DNA of 64,000 nt. It comes from Gemmatimonadota bacterium (GTDB lineage Bacteria > Gemmatimonadota > Gemmatimonadetes > Palauibacterales > Palauibacteraceae). The stretch's first letter is position 1. Each line of letters begins with the position of its first letter. The stretch covers positions 16,291 through 80,290 of the forward strand of contig JBHIAV010000005.1 of assembly GCA_046758745.1 (NCBI GenBank). The letters are read 5' to 3'. The notes under the pieces were generated by a model. It was not told the origin of the DNA and made no database searches. It saw only the letters and a list, made by a program, of their open reading frames with translations. The translations under genes and the position numbers were made by a program. Below, in pieces: positions 54,991 to 64,000 of the stretch.

Positions 54991-56802
54991 CTATTCGACT
55001 GACAAGCCGCTCCGGAAGGCGAGGGCGGGCATCTCGATGTCGTCCAGATACTCGCGGATGGCGACGCGCACCTCCCTAGCCGACTCCACGCGATGAAGGT
55101 CTGCGCACAGGCGCTCGAGGTCGCCCGCTGAAACGGCGCGTACGACCTCCTTGACCTCGGCCAGAGAGGAGAGCGAGAGGCTGAACTTACGGTAGCCGAG
55201 GCCGATGAGGACGCAGATCCCGATCGGGTCTCCCGCCACGTCCCCGCAGGCCCCGAGGTCGAGTTCGTGCCGGGCCGCTTCCCGCACGAGCCGGGAGTAC
55301 ATACGCAGCATGGCCGGGTGCAGCGAATCGTACATCTCCGCCAGCTTCGCATTGCCCCGGTCCGCCGCCAGAACGTATTGCGTCAGGTCGTTCGACCCCA
55401 GACTGACGAAATCCACGTGCGGGGCCAGCAGGTCGAGGATCTCCAGCGCCGCGGGCGTCTCGACCATGACCCCGACGGGCACCCGTCTCTCGCGCAGGCC
55501 CGGCTCCAGCGAGTCGTACACCTCCCGCAGGATCGCCCGCGTGCGACGCACCTCGTCGACTGAAACGATGAACGGGAGCAGGAGGCGAAGGTCCCCGTGC
55601 TGCGCCGCGCGCACGGCCGCCCGTAGCTGGTTGCGGAAGAGCTCCGGCAGATCCAGGCAGACCCGGATCGCGCGCCACCCGAGGTAAGGGTTCTCCTCCG
55701 GCGGCATCGCGAGGAAGAGTGGAAACTTGTCTCCTCCGATGTCGAAGGTTCGGAGAGTGACCTCGCTCCGGGGGAAGACCTCTAACACGCGCCGATACGC
55801 CTCGTACTGCTCCTCTTCGCTCGGGATCTCACGTCGGCCGATGACGAGAAACTCCGAGCGGAAAAGGCCGACGCCGCGCGCCCCGAGGTCGCGGGCTTCC
55901 CCCGCGTCGTCTGGCTGGTCGAGGTTCGCCTGGACGACCACCGGCACCCGGTCCGTCGTCTCCGTCGGCTGGTGGGCGAGCTCGGTGAGGCGTCTCTGCC
56001 GCTGCGACGCCTGTACCGCGGCCCGGCAGAAGCTGTCGATCTCATCCTCGGAGGGATCGAGGACGATCCTCCCCGTGCCGCCGTCGAGCAGAAGGAAGCT
56101 CCCGTCCTCGATCTCGGCCAGGCGAGGCCCGACTCCCACCACGGCCGGGATACCGAGAGCGCGCGCGAGGAGGGCGGTGTGCGAGCCGCGGGATCCTCCG
56201 GCGCTCACGAAGCCCACCACACGTGCCGGATCGAAGCGTACGGCAACGCTGGGCGTGACCTCGTCGGCCACCAGGATCGATGGTTCGTCCCACGGTGTCT
56301 CCCAGGGAGGACCCGCGTTTCCGAGCAGCGGGTAGAGGACGCGGAGGCGGACGTCGCGCAGGTCGGCGAGGCGATCGAGAACCATCGCGTGCGCCGAGTC
56401 GAGGAACCGCGCACGGATCTCCAGGATCCGCCAATCGAAGGCTCGCTCGGCAGCGAGGTAGTTGTCGCGGATGTAGGCGATCGTGCCCTCGACCATATCG
56501 GGATCGTCGATCATCAGCGCCTGCGATTCGAACAGCTTCGCCTCGAGAGGTCCGATTCGTTCGGCCGTTTCGTCGCGCAGCCCGAGGATCTCCCGTCGAG
56601 CCCAGTCACGGGCTCTGGTGAAGCGCTCGATCTCCGCTTCGACTTCCCCGGGACCGATGGTGCGGTGAGGCACGGGCGGAATGTCCCAATCGACCCGCCG
56701 CGCTATACCCAGGACTCGGCCGGTAGAGGCCGCGATCCCCTCGATGTGGCAGCTCAGCGCGCCCTTCGATTCCGGCAGCTCAGGACTCCTCCCCCGCGAC
56801 AT
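54991..56802 (-). CDS. ptsP: PTS enzyme I
   Basis: [63 protein letters not shown]. Confidence 0.95.
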   Translation of the reverse strand: MSRGRSPELPESKGALSCHIEGIAASTGRVLGIARRVDWDIPPVPHRTIGPGEVEAEIERFTRARDWARREILGLRDETAERIGPLEAKLFESQALMIDDPDMVEGTIAYIRDNYLAAERAFDWRILEIRARFLDSAHAMVLDRLADLRDVRLRVLYPLLGNAGPPWETPWDEPSILVADEVTPSVAVRFDPARVVGFVSAGGSRGSHTALLARALGIPAVVGVGPRLAEIEDGSFLLLDGGTGRIVLDPSEDEIDSFCRAAVQASQRQRRLTELAHQPTETTDRVPVVVQANLDQPDDAGEARDLGARGVGLFRSEFLVIGRREIPSEEEQYEAYRRVLEVFPRSEVTLRTFDIGGDKFPLFLAMPPEENPYLGWRAIRVCLDLPELFRNQLRAAVRAAQHGDLRLLLPFIVSVDEVRRTRAILREVYDSLEPGLRERRVPVGVMVETPAALEILDLLAPHVDFVSLGSNDLTQYVLAADRGNAKLAEMYDSLHPAMLRMYSRLVREAARHELDLGACGDVAGDPIGICVLIGLGYRKFSLSLSSLAEVKEVVRAVSAGDLERLCADLHRVESAREVRVAIREYLDDIEMPALAFRSGLSVE

Positions 56803-57088
56803 TCTCGTAGTCCGTCTCCTGTTCGCCGAAGTCTCTCCGCACCAGCTCGCATAGGGCCGCGACCGCCTGGGAGCTGTCCTCGCCCTCCGCCCGTATGGTT
56901 AACGTGGATCCACATTCCGCGGCCAGCATCATCACGCCCATGATGCTCTTCCCGTTGACCTCCAATCCGTCCTTCTCGACCAATATCGTCGCCGCGAAGC
57001 TCGAAGCCAGCTTCACGAACTCGGCCGCCGGCCGCGCGTGCAGCCCGAATCGGTTCCCCACCCGGACGGTGGCGCTGCTCTCGCTCAC
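56780..57088 (-). CDS. ptsH: Phosphocarrier protein HPr
   Basis: GLHARPAA, NGKSIMGVMML. Confidence 0.95.
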   Translation of the reverse strand: MSESSATVRVGNRFGLHARPAAEFVKLASSFAATILVEKDGLEVNGKSIMGVMMLAAECGSTLTIRAEGEDSSQAVAALCELVRRDFGEQETDYENVAGEES

Positions 57089-57128
57089 CGGCGCGACCCA
57101 AAGGCCGGAGCGCCCGACCGTCCCCACA

Positions 57129-57866
57129 CTAGCCGAGCGTCAGCCAGACGAGCGGGGCGGCGAGAAGCAGGCCGATCGCGATCTTCCCACCTCTGGCCGG
57201 CCACCGAAACGCCACCAGCGCGGCGCTCGCCCCGCCGATCGCCAGCGGGATGCCGGCGTCGGCTACGTGCGGGATCCGCAGCGAGAGCGCGAGCGTCGCC
57301 GCCCCGAGCAGCAGCAGGTTCAGGGGAGCCAGCGCCGTTGCCACCCGGTCCAGCCACGAGTCGTGGAGTGCGCGGCCGAGGCGAAGCCCGCGCAGCCATC
57401 CCGTGCGCATCCCCCAGATGCGGAGCGCGGCGTGGCCGGAGTTGTACAGCCCGAGGAAGGCGAGGGCCGCCACCCACGGCGTCGCTCCCGCCGCGAAGAG
57501 CAGGATCGCGACGAAGAGACAGACGGGGCGCCACGTCGCCCATACGAGGCGGTCTCCGAGCGTGCCGAGCGGTCCCCGAATTGCGATCCGGAATCGCTCG
57601 ATCTTTTCGGCCTCTTCACCCTCCGCCTCGAGGCGCGCCAGGGCCCCGACCGCCATTGGGCAGAGGTAGGGGTGGGCGTTGAAGGACTCGAGATGACGCC
57701 GAACCGCTGTCTTGAGCCCCACCGGGTCCCCGGCGTACACCCGCCGCAGCAGCGGAAGGAGGCTGTACGCGATGCCGCCCCCCAGCAGCGTGCGGTAGTT
57801 CCACGAGCCCTGGACGGCGAATCCGCGAAGCCAGGCGGACACGAAGTCCGTTCGGAGGGGCCGCAT
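57129..57866 (-). CDS. PTS mannose/fructose/sorbose-family IID
   Basis: QGSWNY, RHLESFNAHP, GPLGTLGDRLVW. Confidence 0.88.
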   Translation of the reverse strand: MRPLRTDFVSAWLRGFAVQGSWNYRTLLGGGIAYSLLPLLRRVYAGDPVGLKTAVRRHLESFNAHPYLCPMAVGALARLEAEGEEAEKIERFRIAIRGPLGTLGDRLVWATWRPVCLFVAILLFAAGATPWVAALAFLGLYNSGHAALRIWGMRTGWLRGLRLGRALHDSWLDRVATALAPLNLLLLGAATLALSLRIPHVADAGIPLAIGGASAALVAFRWPARGGKIAIGLLLAAPLVWLTLG

Positions 57867-58567
57867 CAGTACGCCCTCCCGACGACCCAGGCGACGGCGG
57901 CTCCGAGCAGCAACAGATGCCACGCGTGGAGGCTGGCCGAGAGGGTCCTCGCTCCCGACCCTGCGGACCCGCTCACCGCCACGACGAGAAGCGCGGCGGT
58001 GGCGGCCACGGCCGTTGGAGCGAGCGAAGAACCCGCCGCCAGTCGCGTCGCGATCGCCGTCGGCAGGGCAAAGCCGCCCGTGATCAGGCCCGCCCGGAGG
58101 GCATCCAGCGCGATCGCGGTGCGGTGGCGACGCTCCAGCCTCGCCGGCTCGCCCGCCAGCGCCTCGACTGGCTTGAGGAGCCCTTCATTGATGCGCCGGA
58201 GCAGGTGGACGGAACGGGCGCCGAGCCACCCGATCGCCCAGCCGGCGAGGAGCGCCACGACCAGGGCCGCGAGCCCGGACCCTCCCGCCGCAGCGTATCC
58301 GGCGCCGGCGACGACTCCGGCCGGTCCGGTGTCCGGGTACGTCGCGGCGCCGTAGGGGGGATGGGCGAGGGCGAGCAGCTCCAGAATCGCCCCGCACATG
58401 AAACCCGCGGCCGGATCACCGAGCAGCGTCCCCCCCAGCGTGCCGGCGACCAACGGGCGCGACAGCATGAGCTGGGGCCACGAGACGGCGTCAACGCCGC
58501 ACACGGCGCCGCACGTCACCAGCAGGAGCCAGGTGCCCGGGCCGATCGCGAGCTCAGTCAGCGGCAT
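57866..58567 (-). CDS. PTS mannose-family IIC
   Basis: QLMLSRPLVAG, GAILEL, PYGAA.YPD. Confidence 0.85.
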   Translation of the reverse strand: MPLTELAIGPGTWLLLVTCGAVCGVDAVSWPQLMLSRPLVAGTLGGTLLGDPAAGFMCGAILELLALAHPPYGAATYPDTGPAGVVAGAGYAAAGGSGLAALVVALLAGWAIGWLGARSVHLLRRINEGLLKPVEALAGEPARLERRHRTAIALDALRAGLITGGFALPTAIATRLAAGSSLAPTAVAATAALLVVAVSGSAGSGARTLSASLHAWHLLLLGAAVAWVVGRAY

Positions 58568-59042
58568 GCAGCACTCCGTCCAGCTCTACCTCCGTCGCGG
58601 TGGGGAGATCACGTGCGGTGAGCGAGCGCGCCAGCTCCGCGATGACCCGAAGGTCGTCCACCTCGGCGTCCCGCAGGTACACGTAGTCGAGCACGGCGCG
58701 GCGGCCGGGGCCATCGTGCAGCCCTCCGACGTTCACACGCCGGTCCTGCAGCCGGCCCGTCTCCGCGAGGGCCCGCATCGCCCCGGTGCCTCGCGTGAGC
58801 AGCGCGCCCACACCCGGCAGCGCGTCCAGCTCCGAGAAACGATCGATCGCTTCCACCTCGCTCAGGAAGTAGACAGAGATGTTCTTGGGAAGCCCGGCGC
58901 CATACAGCTCCTGCTCCCACTCGCTCTCCGCGATCCGGTCGTCCACCACCACGTAATACGAGATCCGGAGCCGCACGCCCCAGCCGACGATCACCTGGCC
59001 GTGCAGGAGGCGTTCGTCAATCCGAAACAGGCTGATCGGCAC
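58554..59042 (-). CDS. PTS mannose-family IIB
   Basis: RIDERLLHGQV..GW, VNVGG. Confidence 0.9.
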   Translation of the reverse strand: MPISLFRIDERLLHGQVIVGWGVRLRISYYVVVDDRIAESEWEQELYGAGLPKNISVYFLSEVEAIDRFSELDALPGVGALLTRGTGAMRALAETGRLQDRRVNVGGLHDGPGRRAVLDYVYLRDAEVDDLRVIAELARSLTARDLPTATEVELDGVLHAAD

Positions 59043-59430
59043 GCGACGACTCCCCGGGGAGGTGGAGCGTGGTCCCGGCCCGACCCTTGGCCACAAGCCG
59101 ACGGCTGAGCGTCTCCAGCTCCATGTCGCGGTGGAAGACGAAATCGAGCAGCATGGAAAGGCTGACTCCGGTGACCACCGCGACCCGCGGCGACCGCATG
59201 CACAGGGCCCGGCCGGCGAAAGCGCAGCTGCCGCTCGCCAAGTCGACGAAGATGATCGCCGGTCCCTCGCCCACGGCCGTCTCCACGCGAGCGCTCAGCT
59301 CCTCCGGTGTGCAGCCGAGGTTGCTGATCGGTGAGAGGGCGCCACGCACCCCGGAGATCTCCTCCGCGGCGCGGATCATGGACGCGGCCATGTCACCGTG
59401 TGCAACCACGACGCCGACCACGTCACTCAT
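59017..59430 (-). CDS. PTS mannose-family IIA
   Basis: GVVVAHG.MA, FVDLASGSC, VTGVSLSMLL. Confidence 0.88.
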   Translation of the reverse strand: MSDVVGVVVAHGDMAASMIRAAEEISGVRGALSPISNLGCTPEELSARVETAVGEGPAIIFVDLASGSCAFAGRALCMRSPRVAVVTGVSLSMLLDFVFHRDMELETLSRRLVAKGRAGTTLHLPGESSRADQPVSD

Positions 59431-60382
59431 AATCCTCCTCGAGATACTCCCGGATCGGCTGCAACTTCTCCTTCAGCCGATGTTGAAAGAGCGTGGCGCT
59501 GTCCACACCGGCATAGCGAAGGAGATGCCGCATGGCGACGACCTCACACAGCACCGTCAGGTTCTTCCCCGGGTTCAACGGGATCACCACCTTGGGGAGC
59601 GGCACGGCCAGGATCGGGGTCGATTCCACCTCCAGCCCGGTCCGATCGTAGTAGCCGTCGTCCCTCCACTCCTCGAGCTGCACCACCACCTCGATCCGCT
59701 TCTGCTGTCGGGTCGCCCGAATGCCGAACAGCGCCCGCACATCGATGATCCCGATCCCCCGAATCTCCATGTGATGGCGCTGCAGCTCGTGACCCCGGCC
59801 GATCAGGACATCGACCCCGCGCCGGGTGATCATCACGACATCGTCAGCGACCAACCGGTGACCGCGTTCGACCAGATCCAGCACGCACTCGCTCTTCCCG
59901 ATCCCGCTCTTGCCCACGAACAGCAGTCCGACCCCGTACACGTCCGCCAGCGAACCGTGGATCGCCGTCGTGGGGGCGAATTCCTCTTCGAGGAACGGCT
60001 GGATACGCCGGTAGAACTCGCCCGTCTTGAGCGTCGTCCGAATCAGGGGCACGGAGCTCGCTCGGGCGCACTCGACCAGCTCGGCCGGAGGCTCCAGCCC
60101 CTTCGTGACGAAGATCGCGGGAATGTCGAAGGTGAGGAACTCGCGCAGCACGGACGCCCGCTGGTCCGGCGGGAGAGATCTCAGGTATGTGATCTCCGTC
60201 TCGCCCATGACCTGGATCCGGCGCTCGGGAAAGCGCTCGACGTACCCGCTGAGCGCGAGGCCCGGGCTCGATACCTCGGGGCCGGCGATGATGCGGTCCA
60301 GGCCGCCGTTCCCCCCCACGAGATCGAGGAAGAGGATCTCCCGCTTCCGCGCCAGGAGATCCCGTACACGGAGTTCGCTCAA
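59423..60382 (-). CDS. hprK: HPr kinase/phosphorylase
   Basis: PGLALSG, RIQVMGETE, GKSGIGKSE, GHRLVADD, MEIRGIGII, PGKN. Confidence 0.95.
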   Translation of the reverse strand: MSELRVRDLLARKREILFLDLVGGNGGLDRIIAGPEVSSPGLALSGYVERFPERRIQVMGETEITYLRSLPPDQRASVLREFLTFDIPAIFVTKGLEPPAELVECARASSVPLIRTTLKTGEFYRRIQPFLEEEFAPTTAIHGSLADVYGVGLLFVGKSGIGKSECVLDLVERGHRLVADDVVMITRRGVDVLIGRGHELQRHHMEIRGIGIIDVRALFGIRATRQQKRIEVVVQLEEWRDDGYYDRTGLEVESTPILAVPLPKVVIPLNPGKNLTVLCEVVAMRHLLRYAGVDSATLFQHRLKEKLQPIREYLEEDYE

Positions 60383-60714
60383 GCGCTCTGATCCAGCTCG
60401 AGGGTGGCTTCTCTCGCGACGGCTTTGTGATCGCGTCGTCGAGAGCGGGATTTCTTCAGCTGCCGGGACAGCTTGTCTATCACCCGGTCGATGGCCGTGC
60501 GGAACTCGGACGCCTCGGCGTGCGCGTGGATCGAGTCGGCGCGGCTGATCGCGAGCTGGGCCTCCACCTCGCACCGGTTCTTCTCTTCGAGGAGCGTGAC
60601 CTCAACCCGCAAGATGCGCGGCTCGAACCGGACGAGTCGGGAGAACCGCTCGTCGATCAGAGAACGGAGTGTGTCTGACACCTCGAAATGCCGAGCAGAA
60701 ACGATCACCTGCAT
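60379..60714 (-). CDS. raiA: Ribosome hibernation factor (HPF/RaiA)
   Basis: MQVIVSARHFEVSDTLR...AIDRVIDKLSRQL; AAGGAGG RBS. Confidence 0.88.
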   Translation of the reverse strand: MQVIVSARHFEVSDTLRSLIDERFSRLVRFEPRILRVEVTLLEEKNRCEVEAQLAISRADSIHAHAEASEFRTAIDRVIDKLSRQLKKSRSRRRDHKAVAREATLELDQSA

Positions 60715-60728
60715 TCTGTATGCCTCCT

Positions 60729-61838
60729 TTACCGCGAGCACACGGCGGCGAGCGTCTCCTCCGTCTCTCGGGCCGCTCGATCCCAGGTGAAACCGGCCGC
60801 GTGGGCGATTCCCCCCTCACCGAGTCGCGCCCGCAGCTCGGGGTCCGTGCAGATCGCCTGCAGCCGGTCCGCCCACGCCTGCGGGTCGTCGTGGCGAACC
60901 AGGAAGCCGCTCACTCCATCCACGACTGACTCGCGAAGCCCGGGCGAATCGCTGGCGACACAGGGCGTGCCGCACGCCGCGGCTTCCAGATTCGTGATCC
61001 CCCAACCCTCCTTCGGCGAGGGATATACACTTACCCACGCGCGTCTCAGAAGATCGATCTTCTCCTCCTCCCCGACGAATCCCAGAAACTTCACGCGCTC
61101 CTCGACCCTGGCTCGCTCGGCGATCCGGACGAGCCGTTCGGCGTCGTCACCCCGCCCCGCGACCAGCAGCCGGGTCCGCAGGCCGCGAGCCTCAAGGATC
61201 GCCAGCGCGCGAATGACGACGTCGAGGCCCTTGTAACGCTTCAGACGACCCACGTACGCCAGTGTCGGTTCGGTGAAACGCGGCCTGGAGGGATCTGGCT
61301 TGAACCGCGAGTGATCCAGGCCCGGGAAGATCACTCGGATCCTCTCGGGATCGAAGCCGCGCTTTTCCAGGTCCCCCGCCGTGCTGCGGGAGATCGCCAC
61401 GAACGGCACCGCGCCGTACGCGATCGGCATGAGACGCTCCGCGAGCCAAACGGTCGCCGCGATCGGGAACGCCTCCTGCGTGAACGCCGTGGTACCGAAA
61501 AGGTGGGGCACCAGGCCGAGCACCGGGACCCGACTCCACCATGGTGTGAACAGCGGCAGCTTGTTGATGTCCTCGACAATGATGTCGAAGTCCTCGCCAC
61601 GCGACCTCGTCACGAAGGCCCGATACGCTACCAGCGGGAACGTGTACCGCCTGCCGGCCCTCCACACCCTCATCCCGTCGACGCCTGTCTCCACGGGCGC
61701 ATCGCTCCACCCCGACGCGAGGAGCGTCACGTCGTGACCCCTGGCCGCCACGCGCCCGAAGATCTCGTGCAGGTGAACCTCGGCGCCCCCCGCCTGCGGG
61801 TTCAGCCGGTCCTGCCAGTTGACCACGAGGATCCGCAC
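60729..61838 (-). CDS. Glycosyltransferase family 4
   Basis: GGAEVH, YVGRLKRYKG, EGWGITNLEAAACGTP. Confidence 0.9.
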   Translation of the reverse strand: MRILVVNWQDRLNPQAGGAEVHLHEIFGRVAARGHDVTLLASGWSDAPVETGVDGMRVWRAGRRYTFPLVAYRAFVTRSRGEDFDIIVEDINKLPLFTPWWSRVPVLGLVPHLFGTTAFTQEAFPIAATVWLAERLMPIAYGAVPFVAISRSTAGDLEKRGFDPERIRVIFPGLDHSRFKPDPSRPRFTEPTLAYVGRLKRYKGLDVVIRALAILEARGLRTRLLVAGRGDDAERLVRIAERARVEERVKFLGFVGEEEKIDLLRRAWVSVYPSPKEGWGITNLEAAACGTPCVASDSPGLRESVVDGVSGFLVRHDDPQAWADRLQAICTDPELRARLGEGGIAHAAGFTWDRAARETEETLAAVCSR

Positions 61839-61858
61839 GCGTTCGGCGCACTCCGCGG

Positions 61859-62284
61859 TCAGCGGGTGACCGGGATCTTGCGGCTCACGGCGTCGAGAAC
61901 GCCGTTGACGAAGCGCGGGCTGTCGATGCTTCCGTATTTCTCGGCCAGCCGGATCGCCTCGTGGATCACTACCGGGACCGGGACATCCGGACAGGAGGTC
62001 AGCTCGGCGACCGCGAGACGGAGGATGTTCCGGTCGATCGCCGACAGCCGCTCGATCCTCCAGTTCTCCATGCACTCCTCGAGAAGCGAGTCGATGCCGC
62101 CGACCCGTCCCTCCACACTCCTGAGCAGCCGGTCGATGTGCGGGCGATAGCGTCTCCCGACCCTTCGGCGGAGCATCTCGCGCTCCGCAAACTCGATGAG
62201 CGACGGCTCGCCCGAGATCTCCCAGGCGTACAGCAGCTGCAGGACCCAGCTTCGGGCACGGGTCCTCGGGCTTCTGCCCTTCAT
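61859..62284 (-). CDS. nusB: Transcription antitermination factor NusB
   Basis: RARSWVLQLLY, NWRIERL..IDRNILR, EAIRLAEKYG, FVNGVLD. Confidence 0.93.
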   Translation of the reverse strand: MKGRSPRTRARSWVLQLLYAWEISGEPSLIEFAEREMLRRRVGRRYRPHIDRLLRSVEGRVGGIDSLLEECMENWRIERLSAIDRNILRLAVAELTSCPDVPVPVVIHEAIRLAEKYGSIDSPRFVNGVLDAVSRKIPVTR

Positions 62285-62742
62285 GGCAGCTGATCGGCCA
62301 GGGCGCTCAGCTCGAGCGCGGCGAGCGCGGCCTCCTCGCCCTTGTTGCCCACCGTACCACCCGAGCGGTCGAGCGCCTGGGGCAGGTTCTCAGTGGTCAG
62401 CAGACCGAAGCCGATCGGAATCGGATTCTGCCGCGCCAGCGCGGCCAGCCCATCCGTGGCCCCGCGACACACGTAGTCGAAGTGGGGCGTTTCCCCCCGG
62501 ATCACGCAGCCCAGGGCCACGATCCCGTCGTAGCCCATCCGCGCGGCCATGCGTGCGGCCTGAGGGAGCTCCCATGCGCCCGGCACCCTGATGACGTCGA
62601 TATCCTCCGCACGTACGCCGTGCCGGAGGAGCGCCTGCCGTGCCCCCGCTTCCAGGCGCTCCGTAACCATCGGGTTGAACCGGCTGACCACCAGGCAGAA
62701 GCGCCGTCCCTCACCCCGCGGCTCCGCCTGGAACTCCGTCAT
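62281..62742 (-). CDS. ribH: 6,7-dimethyl-8-ribityllumazine synthase
   Basis: VSRFN, VPGAWELP, GCVIRGETPHFDYV, GNKG. Confidence 0.95.
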   Translation of the reverse strand: MTEFQAEPRGEGRRFCLVVSRFNPMVTERLEAGARQALLRHGVRAEDIDVIRVPGAWELPQAARMAARMGYDGIVALGCVIRGETPHFDYVCRGATDGLAALARQNPIPIGFGLLTTENLPQALDRSGGTVGNKGEEAALAALELSALADQLP

Positions 62743-63956
62743 GAAGTGCCGAGCAGATGCCCGAGCTTCTCGCGCTTCGTCTCCAGGTAGTCCGCGTTCA
62801 CCCGTGACGCGCCCATCTCGAGCGGGACGCGATCCGTGATCTCCAGCCCGAACCCCTCGAGACCCGAGAGCTTCTTGGGATTGTTCGTCATGATCCGGAT
62901 CGTGCTCAGGCCGAGATCGACTAGAATCTGGGCCCCGATTCCGTAGTTCCGAAGGTCGGCCGGAAAGCCCAGCACCTCGTTGGCCTCGACGGTGTCGTGC
63001 CCGCGGTCCTGCAGCTCATAGGCGCGCAGCTTGTTGAGAAGTCCGATCCCGCGGCCCTCTTGATCCAGGTACACGATGACCCCGGCGCCCGCCTCCGTCA
63101 CCATGCGCATCGCGGCCTCGAGCTGCGCCCCGCAGTCACATCGGCAGGAGTGGAAGACATCGCCGGTCAGGCATTTGGAGTGCACTCGAACCAGCACGTC
63201 CGCGGCGCCCCGCACATCGCCGCGAACCAGCGCCACGTGCTCATGGGCATCGACGTCGTTGCGGTAGCCGATGATCTGGAACTCGCCGAACGGGGTGGGG
63301 AGCTTGGCCTCGGCCACGCGGTGGACGAGCCTCTCGTTCTTCAGACGGTACGACACGATCTGGGCGACGGTGACGAACGGAACGGCATGGCGCTTCGAGA
63401 ACTCCTGCAGCTGCGGACGGCGGGCCATCGTGCCGTCCGGGTTCAGGATCTCGCAGATGACTCCAGCCGGAACCAGCCCCGCCATCCGCGCGAGGTCCAC
63501 CGAGGCTTCGGTCTGTCCGACCCGCTGTAAGACCCCCCCGGGTCTCGCGCGGAGCGGGAAGACATGGCCGGGACGCACCAGGTCCGACGGTCGGGTGCTC
63601 GGCCCGACCGCAACCTGAATCGTGCGGGCTCTGTCCGCCGCGCTGATACCGGTCGAGACCCCGAGCTCCTGCCGCGCGTCGATGGAAACCGTGAAAGCAG
63701 TCTCGTTCGGCCCGGCCGCACGGCCGTTCGCCATCAGCGGCAGGTCCAACCTGTCCGCGATCTGGGGCGCCAGGGTGAGGCAGATGAGCCCGCGCCCGTA
63801 CGTAGCCATGAAGTTGATCTTCTCCGGCGTGATCTTCTCCGCCGCGCAGACCAGGTCACCCTCGTTCTCGCGGTCCTCGTCGTCGGCCACGATGACCAGC
63901 TCCCCACGCCGGATCGCTCCGATCGCCTCCTGTACCTTCCGATCGAACACCAACAC
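62739..63956 (-). CDS. ribBA: Bifunctional DHBP synthase / GTP cyclohydrolase II
   Basis: DDEDRENEGD, TGISAADR, PGHVFPL, RVHSKCLTGD..RCDCG, QEGRGIG, TNNPKK. Confidence 0.96.
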   Translation of the reverse strand: MLVFDRKVQEAIGAIRRGELVIVADDEDRENEGDLVCAAEKITPEKINFMATYGRGLICLTLAPQIADRLDLPLMANGRAAGPNETAFTVSIDARQELGVSTGISAADRARTIQVAVGPSTRPSDLVRPGHVFPLRARPGGVLQRVGQTEASVDLARMAGLVPAGVICEILNPDGTMARRPQLQEFSKRHAVPFVTVAQIVSYRLKNERLVHRVAEAKLPTPFGEFQIIGYRNDVDAHEHVALVRGDVRGAADVLVRVHSKCLTGDVFHSCRCDCGAQLEAAMRMVTEAGAGVIVYLDQEGRGIGLLNKLRAYELQDRGHDTVEANEVLGFPADLRNYGIGAQILVDLGLSTIRIMTNNPKKLSGLEGFGLEITDRVPLEMGASRVNADYLETKREKLGHLLGTS

Positions 63957-64000
63957 GAGATCCTACCCCCGCTCTGGATGACTCCCGGCGGCCGTGGCTT

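Noticed and set aside
63963-64000. 3' end of riboflavin synthase (ribE) expected upstream of ribBA
   Set aside because: Only about 11 non-diagnostic codons are visible.

Overview
GC-rich bacterial chromosomal window. Gene order and protein content suggest a diderm Gemmatimonadota-like organism (inference). Most genes lie on the minus strand, and no mobile element, prophage or CRISPR array was recognised. The right half (~26-64 kb) is largely housekeeping: ribBA-ribH-nusB, a GT4, hpf-hprK, a mannose-family PTS (IIA/B/C/D-HPr-EI), metK-ahcY, a cobalamin riboswitch with btuFCD-like ABC genes, recO-selB, larB, tmRNA, greA, mlaEFD, split hldE (rfaE1/rfaE2), fhs, ridA, tRNA-Sec, murI, lpxH, lptE and hemC. 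The left half holds the most interesting feature, a ~20 kb co-oriented respiratory and heme locus (5.6-26.3 kb). It joins an A1-type heme-copper oxidase (subunits I-IV plus a CxxC-fused heme O synthase) to a CydB-less, Q-loop-less bd-like CydA with three c-type cytochromes (5 CxxCH) and a cupredoxin-motif lipoprotein. Upstream sits an accessory module: an Ahb/NirJ-like radical SAM enzyme, a double-USP protein with CP motifs, an ABC exporter, a ferredoxin, a Zn-ribbon protein, Mrp/ApbC and HmuY. In that module one ~47-aa helical domain (W-x2-EA-x2-R-x3-[IV]P, PCP-reductase C-terminal type) recurs four times in three proteins. I propose this as a candidate undescribed oxidase and cofactor assembly/sensing system. 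All product calls come from motif recognition only, no database searches were run, and many start codons are re-picked by eye.
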